Below, one piece after another: positions 40,967 to 50,894 of a stretch of DNA of 64,000 bases. The position numbers and the translations under genes were made by a program. The notes beneath the pieces were generated by a model. That model had not been told where the DNA came from. It made no database searches and saw only the letters and a list, made by a program, of their open reading frames with translations. Within the stretch, counting starts at the first letter, position 1. Every line of letters starts with the position of its first letter. This DNA comes from Betaproteobacteria bacterium SG8_39 (GTDB lineage: Bacteria > Pseudomonadota > Gammaproteobacteria > Burkholderiales > SG8-39), in the NCBI GenBank assembly GCA_001303445.1, contig LJTQ01000002.1, positions 10,596 through 74,595 on the forward strand. The letters run 5' to 3'.

Positions 40967-40994
40967 TTCGCCGGACGCGAAGCACGCCCGCCGG

Positions 40995-42251
40995 CTAGAC
41001 CTCCTCACGCCGACCAACCTGCAGGCCGAGGGCCTTCAGCTTGCGGTACAGATGCGTGCGCTCGAGGCCCGAGCGCTCGGCGACACGCGACATGCTGCCG
41101 CCCTCGCTCGCCAGCAGCCGTTCGAAATAGCGTCGTTCGAAGTCTTCGCGTGCCTCGCGGTAGGGCCGGTCGAGATCGAACGCCGGCAGCTCCGGGGCCG
41201 CGGGCGGCGGCGCCCGGCCCGCCAAGGCGCGTTCCACGTCCTCGATCTGGATTTCCTCCTCGAGCGAGGAATAGGCGAGGTCGCGCACGACCGCCTCCAG
41301 CTCGACCAGGTTCCCGGGCCAGTCGTGCTGCCGCAGCGCGTTCAACGCCGCGGTCGAAAATCGCCGCGAGGGGCAGCTGCGCGATTCGACCAGCTGCACG
41401 AGCATGCCCTGCGCCAGATCGGGTACGTCCTCGGCAAACTCGCGCAGCGGCGGCAGGCGCAACGTCAACTCGGCCAGACGCTTCACGAGCTCGGCGTCGA
41501 AATCGTGTCGCTCGATCAGCGCCTTCCCATCGACCGGAGAAAACGACACCACGCGCACTCTGTGACGTGCAGCCCGCACCAGCAGAAAATCCAGGCTGCG
41601 CTGGCCCGAACGCCCGAGGCGCGTCAGGTCGTCGATGAACAATACGCCGCCGCCCGCGCGCGTCAGCACGTCCGAGGGGGCATCGGTCAGCACCGCTTCG
41701 CCGTTCAGGAAGGGCGCACCCGGCCCCACCAGCAGCCGGGCGAACAGCTCGGCGCGCAGGTCAGGCTCCCCGCGCAACATGAGGGGACTGGGCGAGTGTG
41801 CGAGCTGCGCGAGGCGCTTTTTCGTTTCGACCAGTGCCGGCGAACGACCGAGCGCGGCAAGCGACAGCTCGCGCGCCGGCGCCGCCTCGGCGCGACGCAG
41901 CGCCTTGTGCACGGTGGCAAGCAAGCGTTGCAGTGCGATCGGCTTTTCGAGGAAATCGAGGGCGCCGATGCGCGTCGCCTCGACCGCAGTCTCGATGGTG
42001 CCATGGCCGGACATCATGATCACCGGCATGCTGAGGCGGCCGTTGGCCGACCATTCCTTGAGCAATGTGATGCCGTCGGTATCGGGCATCCAGATATCGA
42101 GCAGCACGAGGTCCGGCCGCTGGCGCTCGCGCAGGCCGCGCGCCGACGCCGCACTCTCCGCGAGCAGAACCTGATGACCTTCGTCCGAGAGTATTTCGGA
42201 CAGCAGCTCTCGAATTCCGACTTCGTCGTCTACGACAAGAATCTGCGCCAT
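40995..42251 (-). CDS. ntrX: NtrX-type response regulator (REC + degenerate AAA+ + Fis-type HTH)
   Basis: REC domain (ILVVDDEVGIRELL...DLVLLDIWMPDTDG), a central NtrC-like domain, and a C-terminal HTH (GGSMSRVAERSGLERTHLYRKLKALG). Paired with an NtrY-like kinase. Confidence 0.8.
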   Translation of the reverse strand: MAQILVVDDEVGIRELLSEILSDEGHQVLLAESAASARGLRERQRPDLVLLDIWMPDTDGITLLKEWSANGRLSMPVIMMSGHGTIETAVEATRIGALDFLEKPIALQRLLATVHKALRRAEAAPARELSLAALGRSPALVETKKRLAQLAHSPSPLMLRGEPDLRAELFARLLVGPGAPFLNGEAVLTDAPSDVLTRAGGGVLFIDDLTRLGRSGQRSLDFLLVRAARHRVRVVSFSPVDGKALIERHDFDAELVKRLAELTLRLPPLREFAEDVPDLAQGMLVQLVESRSCPSRRFSTAALNALRQHDWPGNLVELEAVVRDLAYSSLEEEIQIEDVERALAGRAPPPAAPELPAFDLDRPYREAREDFERRYFERLLASEGGSMSRVAERSGLERTHLYRKLKALGLQVGRREEV

Positions 42252-42258
42252 GCTGGTC

Positions 42259-44403
42259 CTAAGCCGCCCGTGCTCTCGTCAAGGTCTGTGCGGCGACGGG
42301 AAACAAGATGCTCACGCGCGCGCCGCCGCTCGGCAGGTTTTCAATTGCAATAGTGCCACGATGTTCGTCGATGATCTTCTTCACGATCGCCAGGCCGAGA
42401 CCGGTACCCCGGGGCTTGGTCGTGACATAGGGCTCGAAGATGCGCGCCATCAGGGCCTCGGGAAACCCGCCCCCGGTGTCCGATACCGAGAGCTCGACGT
42501 GGTCGTCCAGGCAGGCCGTCCGCACCTCGATCACGGCCGGACGCTGTGTTTCGCTGCGGTGGGCCACGGCGTATTGCGCGTTGCGCAACAGATTATGGAT
42601 CACCTGCCGCACCTGCATCGCGTCGGCGCGCACCGGCGGCAGGTCGGGCGCGAGGTACCGGCGCAGCGACGCGACGCTGGCATCGTCGTAGAGTGCGAGC
42701 ACCTCGCCGAGCAGCGCGTTCAACTCGAGCGGCAGGAGCACGGGCGTCGGCAGCCGCGCGTAATCGCGGAAGTCGTCGACCATGGCCTTGAGCGCAGTGA
42801 CCTGGTTGACGATGGTGCGCGTCGAGCGGCGCAGCGTCTCCGCGGCTTCGGGCGGAAGCGCACCCGCCACCTTCATTTCCAGGCGCTCGGCCGACAACTG
42901 GATCGGGGTGAGCGGGTTCTTGATCTCGTGGGCAAGACGGCGCGCGACCTCGGCCCATGCCGTCGCGCGCTGTGCCTGGATCAGCTGCGTAATGTCGTCA
43001 AACACGAGCACGCTCCCACCGCCGCTCGCCGCAGGCAGCGCCGACCCGCGCACCAGCAAGGTCTTGCCCGTGCCCTTGAGCTCGAGCTCGCGCTGCCAGG
43101 CCCCGCCGCCGTGCGCAACGATGGACTCGTGCACCGCCTGGGAAAAATTGCTGAGTGCGCTCGGCCACTGTGTAAGCGGCCGGCCTCCGGCCTCGGCCAG
43201 CGCGTCGCCAAGAATTGACGTGGCGCCGTGATTCGAAATCGACAACACGAGGTCCCGGTCGAACACCAGCACGCCGGCCGAAAGGTTGGCGAGAATGTTC
43301 TCGAGGTGCGCTTTGGCCGTCTCAAGGGCAACGCGATTCGCCTCGACCACGCGGCGCGCCTCCTCGAGCTGGCGCGTCATCGAGTTGAAGGACTCGGTCA
43401 GCACGCCGAGTTCGTCGCGGCTCGTGACCGGGGCGTGGCGTGAAAAATCGCCCCGCGCGACGGCCTGCGTGGCCTGGGCGAGGTTGGCCAAGGGCTCGGC
43501 GAGCAGGTTCGACTGCGTCACCGCAACTCCGACCGCGACGAACAGCGCCATCAACAACGCAAAGGTCAGCGTCACGATGTAAATACGCTTTAGCCCGTCG
43601 CGCGCGATCGCCAGCTGGCGATAGTCCCGGTATGCCGCCTCTACTGCCTCGGCGCTGCGCGCGAATGCCACTGGGACGGTCTGGCGCAGTTGCAGGAACC
43701 TCGCTTCCTCGCCGGGCGTCAGCACGTCGACCGGGACCACCACACGCAGCGAAAGCGGACGCCCCGAGGGCGCGTCGATCGAGGCGAACATCCGGTTGGC
43801 GCGCGCCTGACGCATCGCGTTCGAGCTGGGCAGCTCGGGAATCAGACGCGAAACGTCATCGCTCGCGCTCGCGAGGAGGCGTCCCGAGTGCGTCACCAGT
43901 ACCGCCTCGTACACACCGCCTTGCTCGCGCAGGCGGCCCAGCAGCGCGACCTGAGGGCCCGAGGCGCGATCGGAGAGCTCGAGCGCCATGCTGCGTGCCT
44001 TCGCTTGCAATTCGGCGAGACGCTGGTCGATCGCCTGCCGTCCGAGGTTGATGCCGCCCTCCAGCGCCGCATCGACCTTGACGTCGAACCAGGACTCGAT
44101 ACTGCGCGCGAGGAACTGAACGGAAACGCCGTAGACGAGGATCCCCGGTACGACCGCCAGCAGCGCGAAGCGTGCGAGCAGCCTCAGCGTCAGACGCGTG
44201 CCGAACTGCCGCGCGCGGTAGCGGCGCGCAAGCACGAACAGCTGAACCACGACCAGCGTTGCGAGCAGCGCGGCGAGTGTCGCGTTGAGCGCGAGGAGCC
44301 ACGGGTAGTGGCGCGCAAACAGCGTCGTATCGGCGCTCGCGCTCGCCAGCAGGAACAACCCGATCGTGGCGACGATCGCGCCTGCGATTAGGAGCAGCCT
44401 CAT
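42259..44403 (-). CDS. ntrY: NtrY-type sensor histidine kinase (TM-HAMP-PAS-HisKA-HATPase)
   Basis: 714 aa from MRLLLIAGAIV. H-box LAHEIKNPLTPIQLSAERL, N/G boxes HNLLRNAQYA and DTGGGF...GTGLGLAIVKKI. ATGA overlap with the upstream gene. Confidence 0.8.
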   Translation of the reverse strand: MRLLLIAGAIVATIGLFLLASASADTTLFARHYPWLLALNATLAALLATLVVVQLFVLARRYRARQFGTRLTLRLLARFALLAVVPGILVYGVSVQFLARSIESWFDVKVDAALEGGINLGRQAIDQRLAELQAKARSMALELSDRASGPQVALLGRLREQGGVYEAVLVTHSGRLLASASDDVSRLIPELPSSNAMRQARANRMFASIDAPSGRPLSLRVVVPVDVLTPGEEARFLQLRQTVPVAFARSAEAVEAAYRDYRQLAIARDGLKRIYIVTLTFALLMALFVAVGVAVTQSNLLAEPLANLAQATQAVARGDFSRHAPVTSRDELGVLTESFNSMTRQLEEARRVVEANRVALETAKAHLENILANLSAGVLVFDRDLVLSISNHGATSILGDALAEAGGRPLTQWPSALSNFSQAVHESIVAHGGGAWQRELELKGTGKTLLVRGSALPAASGGGSVLVFDDITQLIQAQRATAWAEVARRLAHEIKNPLTPIQLSAERLEMKVAGALPPEAAETLRRSTRTIVNQVTALKAMVDDFRDYARLPTPVLLPLELNALLGEVLALYDDASVASLRRYLAPDLPPVRADAMQVRQVIHNLLRNAQYAVAHRSETQRPAVIEVRTACLDDHVELSVSDTGGGFPEALMARIFEPYVTTKPRGTGLGLAIVKKIIDEHRGTIAIENLPSGGARVSILFPVAAQTLTRARAA

Positions 44404-45023
44404 TGCCCCGTCGCCTCCGGCTTCAGCTCGCGACTTTCCACCGGCGCCTGGATCTGCGGGCTGCGGTATGCGAAGCGATGCCAGGCCGATTCGAAGCGCC
44501 ACTCACTGCTCGTCAGCGCGGTCACCTGGAGCGGTTTGGGCAGCAAGGAAGCGTCCAGACGCATGCGCACGGCCGCCTCGTATTGCGCGTCGGACACCAG
44601 CGCGATGCGCTCGCCAACCACCCAGTTGCGTATCCGGCGCAGAACACCGAGCGCCTCGTCGAGCGTCGGGAACTGCTGCTCGAGCGGCCCGCTCGAAACG
44701 ACGTACTGTCTCGACAGCGCATGATAGGAAAGCCGCAGCTGCAGGCGCTTCTCGGCCGCGCGCTCGTCAACCCAGTACCAGCGTGGGCGCCTCATCTCGA
44801 ACTCGACGAGGAAGTACAGCGGCACCCCGTTTGACACCGCCTCGGCCAGCCGTGGTGGAAACTCGAAGGCAAACTCCGCCTCCAACACGAGACCCTCGTT
44901 TGCCAGCCGCAGATCGGCGGTGCGCAGTTCGATCTCGTCGGCCTGCGCCACGACCGCAGCGAAACACAGCATGGCAAGCAGGGCCTTGGTCAGCCCAGCG
45001 AGCCAACGCACCGGGGGCTGCAT
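44400..45023 (-). CDS. DUF4390 domain-containing protein
   Basis: 207 aa with a signal-like N-terminus. The position between rsmB and ntrY and the sequence (LYFLVEFEMRRPRWYWVDE...LSYHALSRQY) fit DUF4390. Confidence 0.7.
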   Translation of the reverse strand: MQPPVRWLAGLTKALLAMLCFAAVVAQADEIELRTADLRLANEGLVLEAEFAFEFPPRLAEAVSNGVPLYFLVEFEMRRPRWYWVDERAAEKRLQLRLSYHALSRQYVVSSGPLEQQFPTLDEALGVLRRIRNWVVGERIALVSDAQYEAAVRMRLDASLLPKPLQVTALTSSEWRFESAWHRFAYRSPQIQAPVESRELKPEATGQ

Positions 45024-46315
45024 CAGTTCCGCTTTGCCAGCAGCGCGAAAAAAAAGCCGTCATGCCGCGCCTCCGGCAGGCACTGCGCGGGGCTGCCCGC
45101 GGGCAAATCGAGACGCTGCGCGTCCGCCCTGTCGCGAAGGAACAGCTCGATCACGGCATCATTCTCCTGCGGAAAAACCGAGCAGGTCACGTACAGCAAT
45201 TTACCACCGGGCACGAGCACCCGCCAAAGCGCTTCCAGGATCTGCGCTTGCCGCGCCGCGAACGCGGGAATGTCGTCGGGGCGCCGGATCCACTTGATGT
45301 CGGGATGCCTTCGAGCCACGCCCGATGCCGAGCACGGCACGTCGGCCAGGACGCGATCGAAGCCCTGTCCATCCCACCAGGACGCGGTTGCGCGGCAGTC
45401 GGCATTGATCACGCGCCCGGTCAAGCCGAGCCGCTGGAAGTTCTGTTCGATCCGCCTGCAGCGCAGGTCATCGAGGTCGAGCGCAGTGAGCGCGACGTCT
45501 GCCGTCTCAAGGATATGCGCGCTTTTACCTCCCGGTGCGGCACAGGCATCGAGCACCCGCATCCCCCGCTGCAGGTCGAGGTAATCCACTGCGCGTTGCG
45601 CGCCCGCGTCCTGTACCGAGACGTCGCCTTGCGCGAAACCCGGCAGGCGGTCGACCGGCACCGGCCGTGCGAGCAGCAGGCCGACCGGCCCCAGGCGCTC
45701 TGCGGCGAGTTCCGCCGCCGCCAGTCGCTCGAGCATCGCCTGCGGCTCGGCCCGCCGTCGGTTGACGCGCAGGCACATCGGCGGACGCCCGTTGCCGGCT
45801 TCGAGTACGCGCTCCCAGTCGGCGGGATACGCCGCGCGCAACGCATCGATCCACCAGGCCGGGTGCTGGTAGCGGGCCTGCACATCGTCCTGCAGTCGCG
45901 CCTCGATCAGTTTGCGTTCGCGCAGGAAACGCCGCAGCAACGCATTGACGAAGCCCTTTGCCGGCCACTTTTCGAGGAGTCCGCAGGCGCGGACCGCCTG
46001 ATCGACGACGGTGTACTGCGCATGGCGGCCCGAATCGAGCACGTACAACGCGCACCACAGCAGCGCCTCGACGAGCGCGTCGCCGCGGTCCTGGCGCGAG
46101 AGGGACCGCACGATGGCTTGCGAGCGGCCGTAGCGACGCAGCGTTCCATGCGTCACGTCGATCAGGGCGGCGCGCGGCGCCGTGCACCCTTCGTCTACCG
46201 CACGTTCCATCTCTGCGGAAAGACTCTTGCCTGCCGCGACACGCGCAACGATGCGGGCCGCGGCTTGCAGCACGTTCGCAAGCATCGCACCCGGCACCGA
46301 CGGCTCGGCGCTCAC
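45023..46315 (-). CDS. rsmB: 16S rRNA (cytosine967-C5)-methyltransferase
   Basis: NusB-like N-terminal domain. SAM motif VLDACAAPGGKS and catalytic DVPCSASGV / YVTCS cysteines. GTG at 46315 in a GTGA overlap with the fmt stop (alternative ATG at 46285). Confidence 0.9.
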   Translation of the reverse strand: MSAEPSVPGAMLANVLQAAARIVARVAAGKSLSAEMERAVDEGCTAPRAALIDVTHGTLRRYGRSQAIVRSLSRQDRGDALVEALLWCALYVLDSGRHAQYTVVDQAVRACGLLEKWPAKGFVNALLRRFLRERKLIEARLQDDVQARYQHPAWWIDALRAAYPADWERVLEAGNGRPPMCLRVNRRRAEPQAMLERLAAAELAAERLGPVGLLLARPVPVDRLPGFAQGDVSVQDAGAQRAVDYLDLQRGMRVLDACAAPGGKSAHILETADVALTALDLDDLRCRRIEQNFQRLGLTGRVINADCRATASWWDGQGFDRVLADVPCSASGVARRHPDIKWIRRPDDIPAFAARQAQILEALWRVLVPGGKLLYVTCSVFPQENDAVIELFLRDRADAQRLDLPAGSPAQCLPEARHDGFFFALLAKRN

Positions 46316-47247
46316 GGCGATGTGCGGTCGAGCAACTCGCCAACCGCGATCGGTCGGCCACGCAGAAAAGCAGAGGCGTCGAGCGGCTTGCCGCCGGCGC
46401 GCTGCAGGCGCCGAATCTGGAGTGCGCCAACGCCACAGGCAACCGTGATGCCCTCGGGGCCGACGGCGACGACGCATCCCGGTACACCGCCGCCCTCGAC
46501 GACCCGCGCCTGCCAGATCTTGATCGGTTCGCCGCCCAGCGTGCTGAGGGCTCCCGGGGCTGGCCGCAGCGCGCGCACTTGGCAGGCCAGAGCCTGCGCA
46601 GGGCGGGACCAGTCGAGGCGGCTGTCCGGTTTGCTGAGCTTGTGCGCGTAACTGATGCCGGATGCCGGCTGTGGTGTCGCGGCCAGGGCACCCCGTTGAA
46701 GCGCTTCCAGCGCGGCGACAATCAGCTCGGCGCCGAGCACCGCGAGCTTGTCGTGCAACGAGCCGGCGTCGTCGTCCTCCGCGATGGCGATCGCACGCTG
46801 CATGAGCATTGGCCCGGTATCCAGGCCGCTGTCCATTTGCATGATCGTGATGCCGGTCTGCGTATCGCCTGCCATGATCGCGCGCTGGATCGGCGCGGCA
46901 CCCCGCCAGCGCGGTAGCAATGAGGCGTGGATGTTGATTGCGCCGAGCGGGGCAAGTTCGAGCACCTGCTGCGGCAGGATCAGGCCGTAAGCCGCAACCA
47001 CGATGGCCTCCGGTGCCGCTGCGGCAATCGGTGCCGCACTCTCTGGCGCCCTGAGGCTCTCGGGTTGATAGACCTCGATGCCGTGCGCGCGCGCACGGCG
47101 TTTGACCGGTGACCGCGTCGCGCGCAGCCCGCGCCCCGACGGTCTGTCCGGCTGGGTCAAAACCAGCACGACCTCGTGTCCGGCTTCGATCAGGCCAGTG
47201 AGCGCGCGTTCAGCGAATTCGGGTGTCCCGGCAAAAACGATGCGCAC
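46312..47247 (-). CDS. fmt: methionyl-tRNA formyltransferase
   Basis: MRIVFAGTPEFA, NIHASLLPRWRGAAPIQRAI. 311 aa. Confidence 0.95.
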   Translation of the reverse strand: MRIVFAGTPEFAERALTGLIEAGHEVVLVLTQPDRPSGRGLRATRSPVKRRARAHGIEVYQPESLRAPESAAPIAAAAPEAIVVAAYGLILPQQVLELAPLGAINIHASLLPRWRGAAPIQRAIMAGDTQTGITIMQMDSGLDTGPMLMQRAIAIAEDDDAGSLHDKLAVLGAELIVAALEALQRGALAATPQPASGISYAHKLSKPDSRLDWSRPAQALACQVRALRPAPGALSTLGGEPIKIWQARVVEGGGVPGCVVAVGPEGITVACGVGALQIRRLQRAGGKPLDASAFLRGRPIAVGELLDRTSP

Positions 47248-47331
47248 GGCGGTCAGGCGGCGGTGGCCAGGGCGGTGCGGGGACGTTGCGGCTCGGGCGC
47301 GAGCAGCCCGCTCAAAGCCGCACGCCTGGCC

Positions 47332-47835
47332 TCAGGCGCTTTTCTTGAGCTGCTTGGCGAGTTTGGCCCGGACGCGCTGTTGCTTGAGCTGGGAAAGGTA
47401 CTCGACGAAGACCTTGCCGCGCAGGTGATCCATCTCGTGCTGCAGGCAAACCGACAGCAGACCTTGCGCCTCGAGCGTGAACGGGGTCCCGTTCTGGTCG
47501 TACGCGCGCACCTTCACCCGCTCGGCGCGCGGCACCGTGTCGTAAACCGTCGGTACCGACAGGCAGCCCTCTTCGATGTCCGATACGCCATGCGACTCGA
47601 CGATCTCCGGGTTCACCAGCACGATCAGGGAATCACGACGTTCGGAAACGTCGACCACGATCACCTGTTTGTGGACGTCGACTTGCGTCGCCGCCAGCCC
47701 GATTCCCGGTGCGGCGTACATGGATTCGGCCATGTCGGCGACGAGTTGCTTGAGGCCGTCATCGAAGACGGTGACGGGCGCGGCCACCTTGTGCAGCCGG
47801 GCATCCGGGTAGCGAAGAATGTGCAGTAGTGCCAT
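47332..47835 (-). CDS. def: peptide deformylase
   Basis: [16 protein letters not shown] and QHEMDHL motifs. Start at [11 protein letters not shown] (cat 47833-47835). Confidence 0.95.
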   Translation of the reverse strand: MALLHILRYPDARLHKVAAPVTVFDDGLKQLVADMAESMYAAPGIGLAATQVDVHKQVIVVDVSERRDSLIVLVNPEIVESHGVSDIEEGCLSVPTVYDTVPRAERVKVRAYDQNGTPFTLEAQGLLSVCLQHEMDHLRGKVFVEYLSQLKQQRVRAKLAKQLKKSA

Positions 47836-47981
47836 GAAACGACCAGAAAACGCTTGCAAATTTAATACATTAGAGGCAGCATCTCACCCTGCATGTAAGC
47901 TGTCTCGGGTTTATGCTAGATTTGCTCGAATTGCCAGAAATTCAAGCCATCCCGGGCACTTAGACCAGAATCGGGGGTCCT

Positions 47982-49043
47982 ATGTTCAAGCAATTGGGAA
48001 AGTCTATCACAGCGCTCGTGTTCGCCTTCGCCGGCCTGACGGCAGGAACTGCGGGCGCTGCCCCGCCGAAGCCGGCGATGGTCAAGGCGGATGCGCCAGA
48101 CAGCTACACCGTCGTCAAGGGCGATACGCTGTGGGGCATCGCCGGACGCTTTACGAATTCGCCCTGGCGCTGGCCGGAACTCTGGGACCTGAACAAGGAA
48201 CAGATCAAGAACCCTCACCTGATCTATCCGGGTGACGTCATCCGGCTCGATCGCCTGACCGGCCGGCTCTCGATCGCCGGAGCCGCCGGGCGCGGCGATC
48301 CGAATCGACTCTCGCCACGCGTGCGCGACGAAGGCGCGACGGACAAGGCCATTCCGAGCATCCCGGCGTCGGTCATCGAGCCGTTCCTCTCGCGACCGCT
48401 GGTGGTTGAGCCGGATGGGCTCGACAAGGCCCCGACGATCGTCGCAACGGAAGACAATCGGGTGGTGATTTCCGCCGGCAACCGGGCATACGTGTCCGGC
48501 ATGGCCGAAGGCAAGCCCGATTCGGGCTGGTACATCTACCGGCAGGGCAAGGCCCTGGTTGACCCGGACACCGAGCAGACGCTGGGCTTCGAGGCCATGT
48601 ACCTCGGCACGGCGCGGCAGCTTCGTGCGGGCGACCCGGCCACCGTCGAGTTGACCAGCTCGACGGAGGAAGTCGGCAGGGGCGACAAGCTGATTCCGAT
48701 CGGCAAACCCGAGGTCATCACCTACGCGCCGCATGCGCCGGCGACGTTCGTCAAAGGCCGGATCATTTCAATCTATGGCGCCCGCGGCCGTCTCGCCGAA
48801 GAAGGACAAGCGGCGATCGTCGCATTGAACCGCGGCGCGTCGGACGGGCTCGAGGTGGGCCACGTGCTGGCGCTCCATACGCAGAGCAGCGCGGTCAAGG
48901 TGGCGGGCGGCGACACGCTTCAGACACCGGAGGAACGCTACGGGCTGGTCTTCGTCTTCCGGGTCTTCGAGCGTGTCTCCTATGCCCTAGTCATGAAGAT
49001 CAGCCGGCCGGTGAATAACCTGGACATCGTCCAAACGCCCTGA
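47982..49043 (+). CDS. LysM peptidoglycan-binding domain-containing protein
   Basis: Signal peptide followed by a LysM domain (YTVVKGDTLWGIAGRF...IYPGDVIRL). 353 aa. Divergent from def. Confidence 0.8.
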   Translation: MFKQLGKSITALVFAFAGLTAGTAGAAPPKPAMVKADAPDSYTVVKGDTLWGIAGRFTNSPWRWPELWDLNKEQIKNPHLIYPGDVIRLDRLTGRLSIAGAAGRGDPNRLSPRVRDEGATDKAIPSIPASVIEPFLSRPLVVEPDGLDKAPTIVATEDNRVVISAGNRAYVSGMAEGKPDSGWYIYRQGKALVDPDTEQTLGFEAMYLGTARQLRAGDPATVELTSSTEEVGRGDKLIPIGKPEVITYAPHAPATFVKGRIISIYGARGRLAEEGQAAIVALNRGASDGLEVGHVLALHTQSSAVKVAGGDTLQTPEERYGLVFVFRVFERVSYALVMKISRPVNNLDIVQTP

Positions 49044-49118
49044 CCTCGCGGCGCGCGTGTTGATCCGTAGCCGACCTTGGCGTCCCGAGCCGGACGCCGA
49101 CCCGGAGCGCCCGCGCGG

Positions 49119-50216
49119 ATGACGGCCGACGCCGGGCTGGCGAGTTGGCTTCGCTTAACCCTCGCGCCCGGCCTCGGTCCCGCCAAAATTCGTGAACTGC
49201 TGACCCGCTACGGCCTGCCCGAGCAGGTCCTATCGGCGCCGCGGCGCGAACTGGCCGCAATGCTGCCGCCCAGCGCCCTCGAGGCCGTCGCCTCGTCCGC
49301 GCTGGACGATGCCGTCGAGCGTGCGCTCACCTGGCGCAAGGGCGCGGGCTGTTCGATCGTGACGCTGGGCGATGCAGACTATCCCAACCGTTTGCTCGAA
49401 ATCCCGGATCCGCCTTCCCTGCTCTACATCCGTGGACATCCCGAATACCTGAACCAAGCCTCGCTTGCGATCGTCGGCAGCCGCAACGCCACTGCGCAAG
49501 GCACGCGCAATGCGGAGCGCTTCGCACGCGCGTTCAGCGACGCGGGCCTGACGATCGTTTCCGGGCTCGCGCTCGGCATCGATGGTGCGGCTCACCGCGG
49601 CGCCCTCGACGGACGGGGATCGACCGTCGCAGTCCTCGGCACCGGCATCGACGTCGTCTATCCCGCACGCCATGCCGAGCTTGCCGAGAAAATTGCAGCG
49701 CGGGGCGCGCTGGTCAGCGAATTTCCGCTCCACACGCAACCCGCCGCCGGCCATTTCCCACGCCGTAACCGGCTGATCAGCGGCCTCACGCTCGGTTGCC
49801 TCGTTGTCGAAGCTGCGCTCGAGTCGGGCTCACTGATCACCGCGCGCGCGGCCCTGGAACAGGGCCGCGAGGTATTCGCGATTCCCGGATCAATTCATTC
49901 GCCGCTGTCGAAGGGCTGTCACGCACTCATCAAGACCGGTGCCAAGCTGGTCGAGAGTGCGGACGACGTACTGAGCGAACTGGCTGCGCAGCTACCGCGC
50001 CGCCCGGCGACGCACGCCGCAACGTCCGTGCAGAATCCGGATACGATACAGGATCCGCCCTTGCTCAAGCTGATGGGCGACGATCCCGTCGACCTGGAGG
50101 CGCTGCGCGCGCGCACCGGCTGGCCACCAGAGCGCATTGCCGCCGAATTGCTGCAGCTCGAACTCGCTGGCCGGGTGGAAACGCTCGCTGGCGGGCTTTT
50201 TCAACGCCTTCACTGA
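49119..50216 (+). CDS. dprA: DNA-processing protein DprA
   Basis: Rossmann-like core AIVGSRNAT..G...A...A..L...G.TIVSGLALGIDGAAHRGAL and FPRRNRLISGL. ATG at 49119 preferred over TTG at 49077. Confidence 0.9.
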   Translation: MTADAGLASWLRLTLAPGLGPAKIRELLTRYGLPEQVLSAPRRELAAMLPPSALEAVASSALDDAVERALTWRKGAGCSIVTLGDADYPNRLLEIPDPPSLLYIRGHPEYLNQASLAIVGSRNATAQGTRNAERFARAFSDAGLTIVSGLALGIDGAAHRGALDGRGSTVAVLGTGIDVVYPARHAELAEKIAARGALVSEFPLHTQPAAGHFPRRNRLISGLTLGCLVVEAALESGSLITARAALEQGREVFAIPGSIHSPLSKGCHALIKTGAKLVESADDVLSELAAQLPRRPATHAATSVQNPDTIQDPPLLKLMGDDPVDLEALRARTGWPPERIAAELLQLELAGRVETLAGGLFQRLH

Positions 50217-50226
50217 GGGGTTGCCC

Positions 50227-50685
50227 ATGTACGAGGTACTTGCCTACGTGTACGAGCACTACGAAAGAACCGATTTGGCGTACAACGGAGACAAAGTCGC
50301 GCGCAAGCTCTCGGCCGCCGGTTTCGAGCGCGAGGAAATCCACACCGCGTTACGCTGGCTCGCCGGAATGCGCGGGGATTCGACGCGCGAGACACCGGTG
50401 ATGCCCGACATCGACGCCGCACATCGGGTCTACTCGCCGCGGGAGTTGGCCAAGCTCGAAACGGCCTGTCTCGGCTATATCCTCACGCTGGAGCATTCGG
50501 GCGTCCTCTGCCCGCAGACGCGGGAGCAGGTTCTCGAGCGCGCGCTCGCCGCAGATGGCGAGCCGCTGGTGCTCGCGCAGCTTAAAGTCATCGTTCTGAT
50601 GGTGCTCTGGAACCAGGATCTGCCGAGCCAGCAGTTGCTCGCGCATGACCTGTTCATCGAGTCGGAGTCGCAGCTGCCGAGCTGA
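50227..50685 (+). CDS. smg: DUF494 family protein Smg
   Basis: MYEVLAYVYEHY...L...GF...I..AL.WL is typical of Smg. Located downstream of dprA. Confidence 0.85.
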   Translation: MYEVLAYVYEHYERTDLAYNGDKVARKLSAAGFEREEIHTALRWLAGMRGDSTRETPVMPDIDAAHRVYSPRELAKLETACLGYILTLEHSGVLCPQTREQVLERALAADGEPLVLAQLKVIVLMVLWNQDLPSQQLLAHDLFIESESQLPS

Positions 50686-50894
50686 TCCGAGTCGGCATCA
50701 CGCTCGCGGGCGCGCGCACGCGAATAGCGCATGCGCGGTGCGTCCGCAATGCACGACGCTTGCGGCACGCGGTTGCCGCCGTCCGGAGTTTGCACTTATC
50801 ATCTGCCGCCTTTCGAGACCGGTAGCGCTGCGCGACATGCTCGCGTGGCGTGCAACGGTGCGACGACCCAACGCTGGAGCCCAGGCACACCCAA

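Noticed and set aside
40921-40970. Repeat array as a CRISPR or mobile-element terminus
   Set aside because: The units are only 10 bp and directly abutting with no spacers. There are no cas, transposase or integrase genes, and no flanking inverted repeats or target-site duplication.
44366-46651. 761-aa ORF on the plus strand (and similar 300-480-aa ORFs, e.g. 298-1380, 12857-14272, 8133 onward)
   Set aside because: These are antisense to the DUF4390, rsmB and fmt genes (and to pyrB, mpl and aroE respectively). They are Arg/Pro/Ala-rich products with no domains, which is the expected by-product of about two-thirds G+C.
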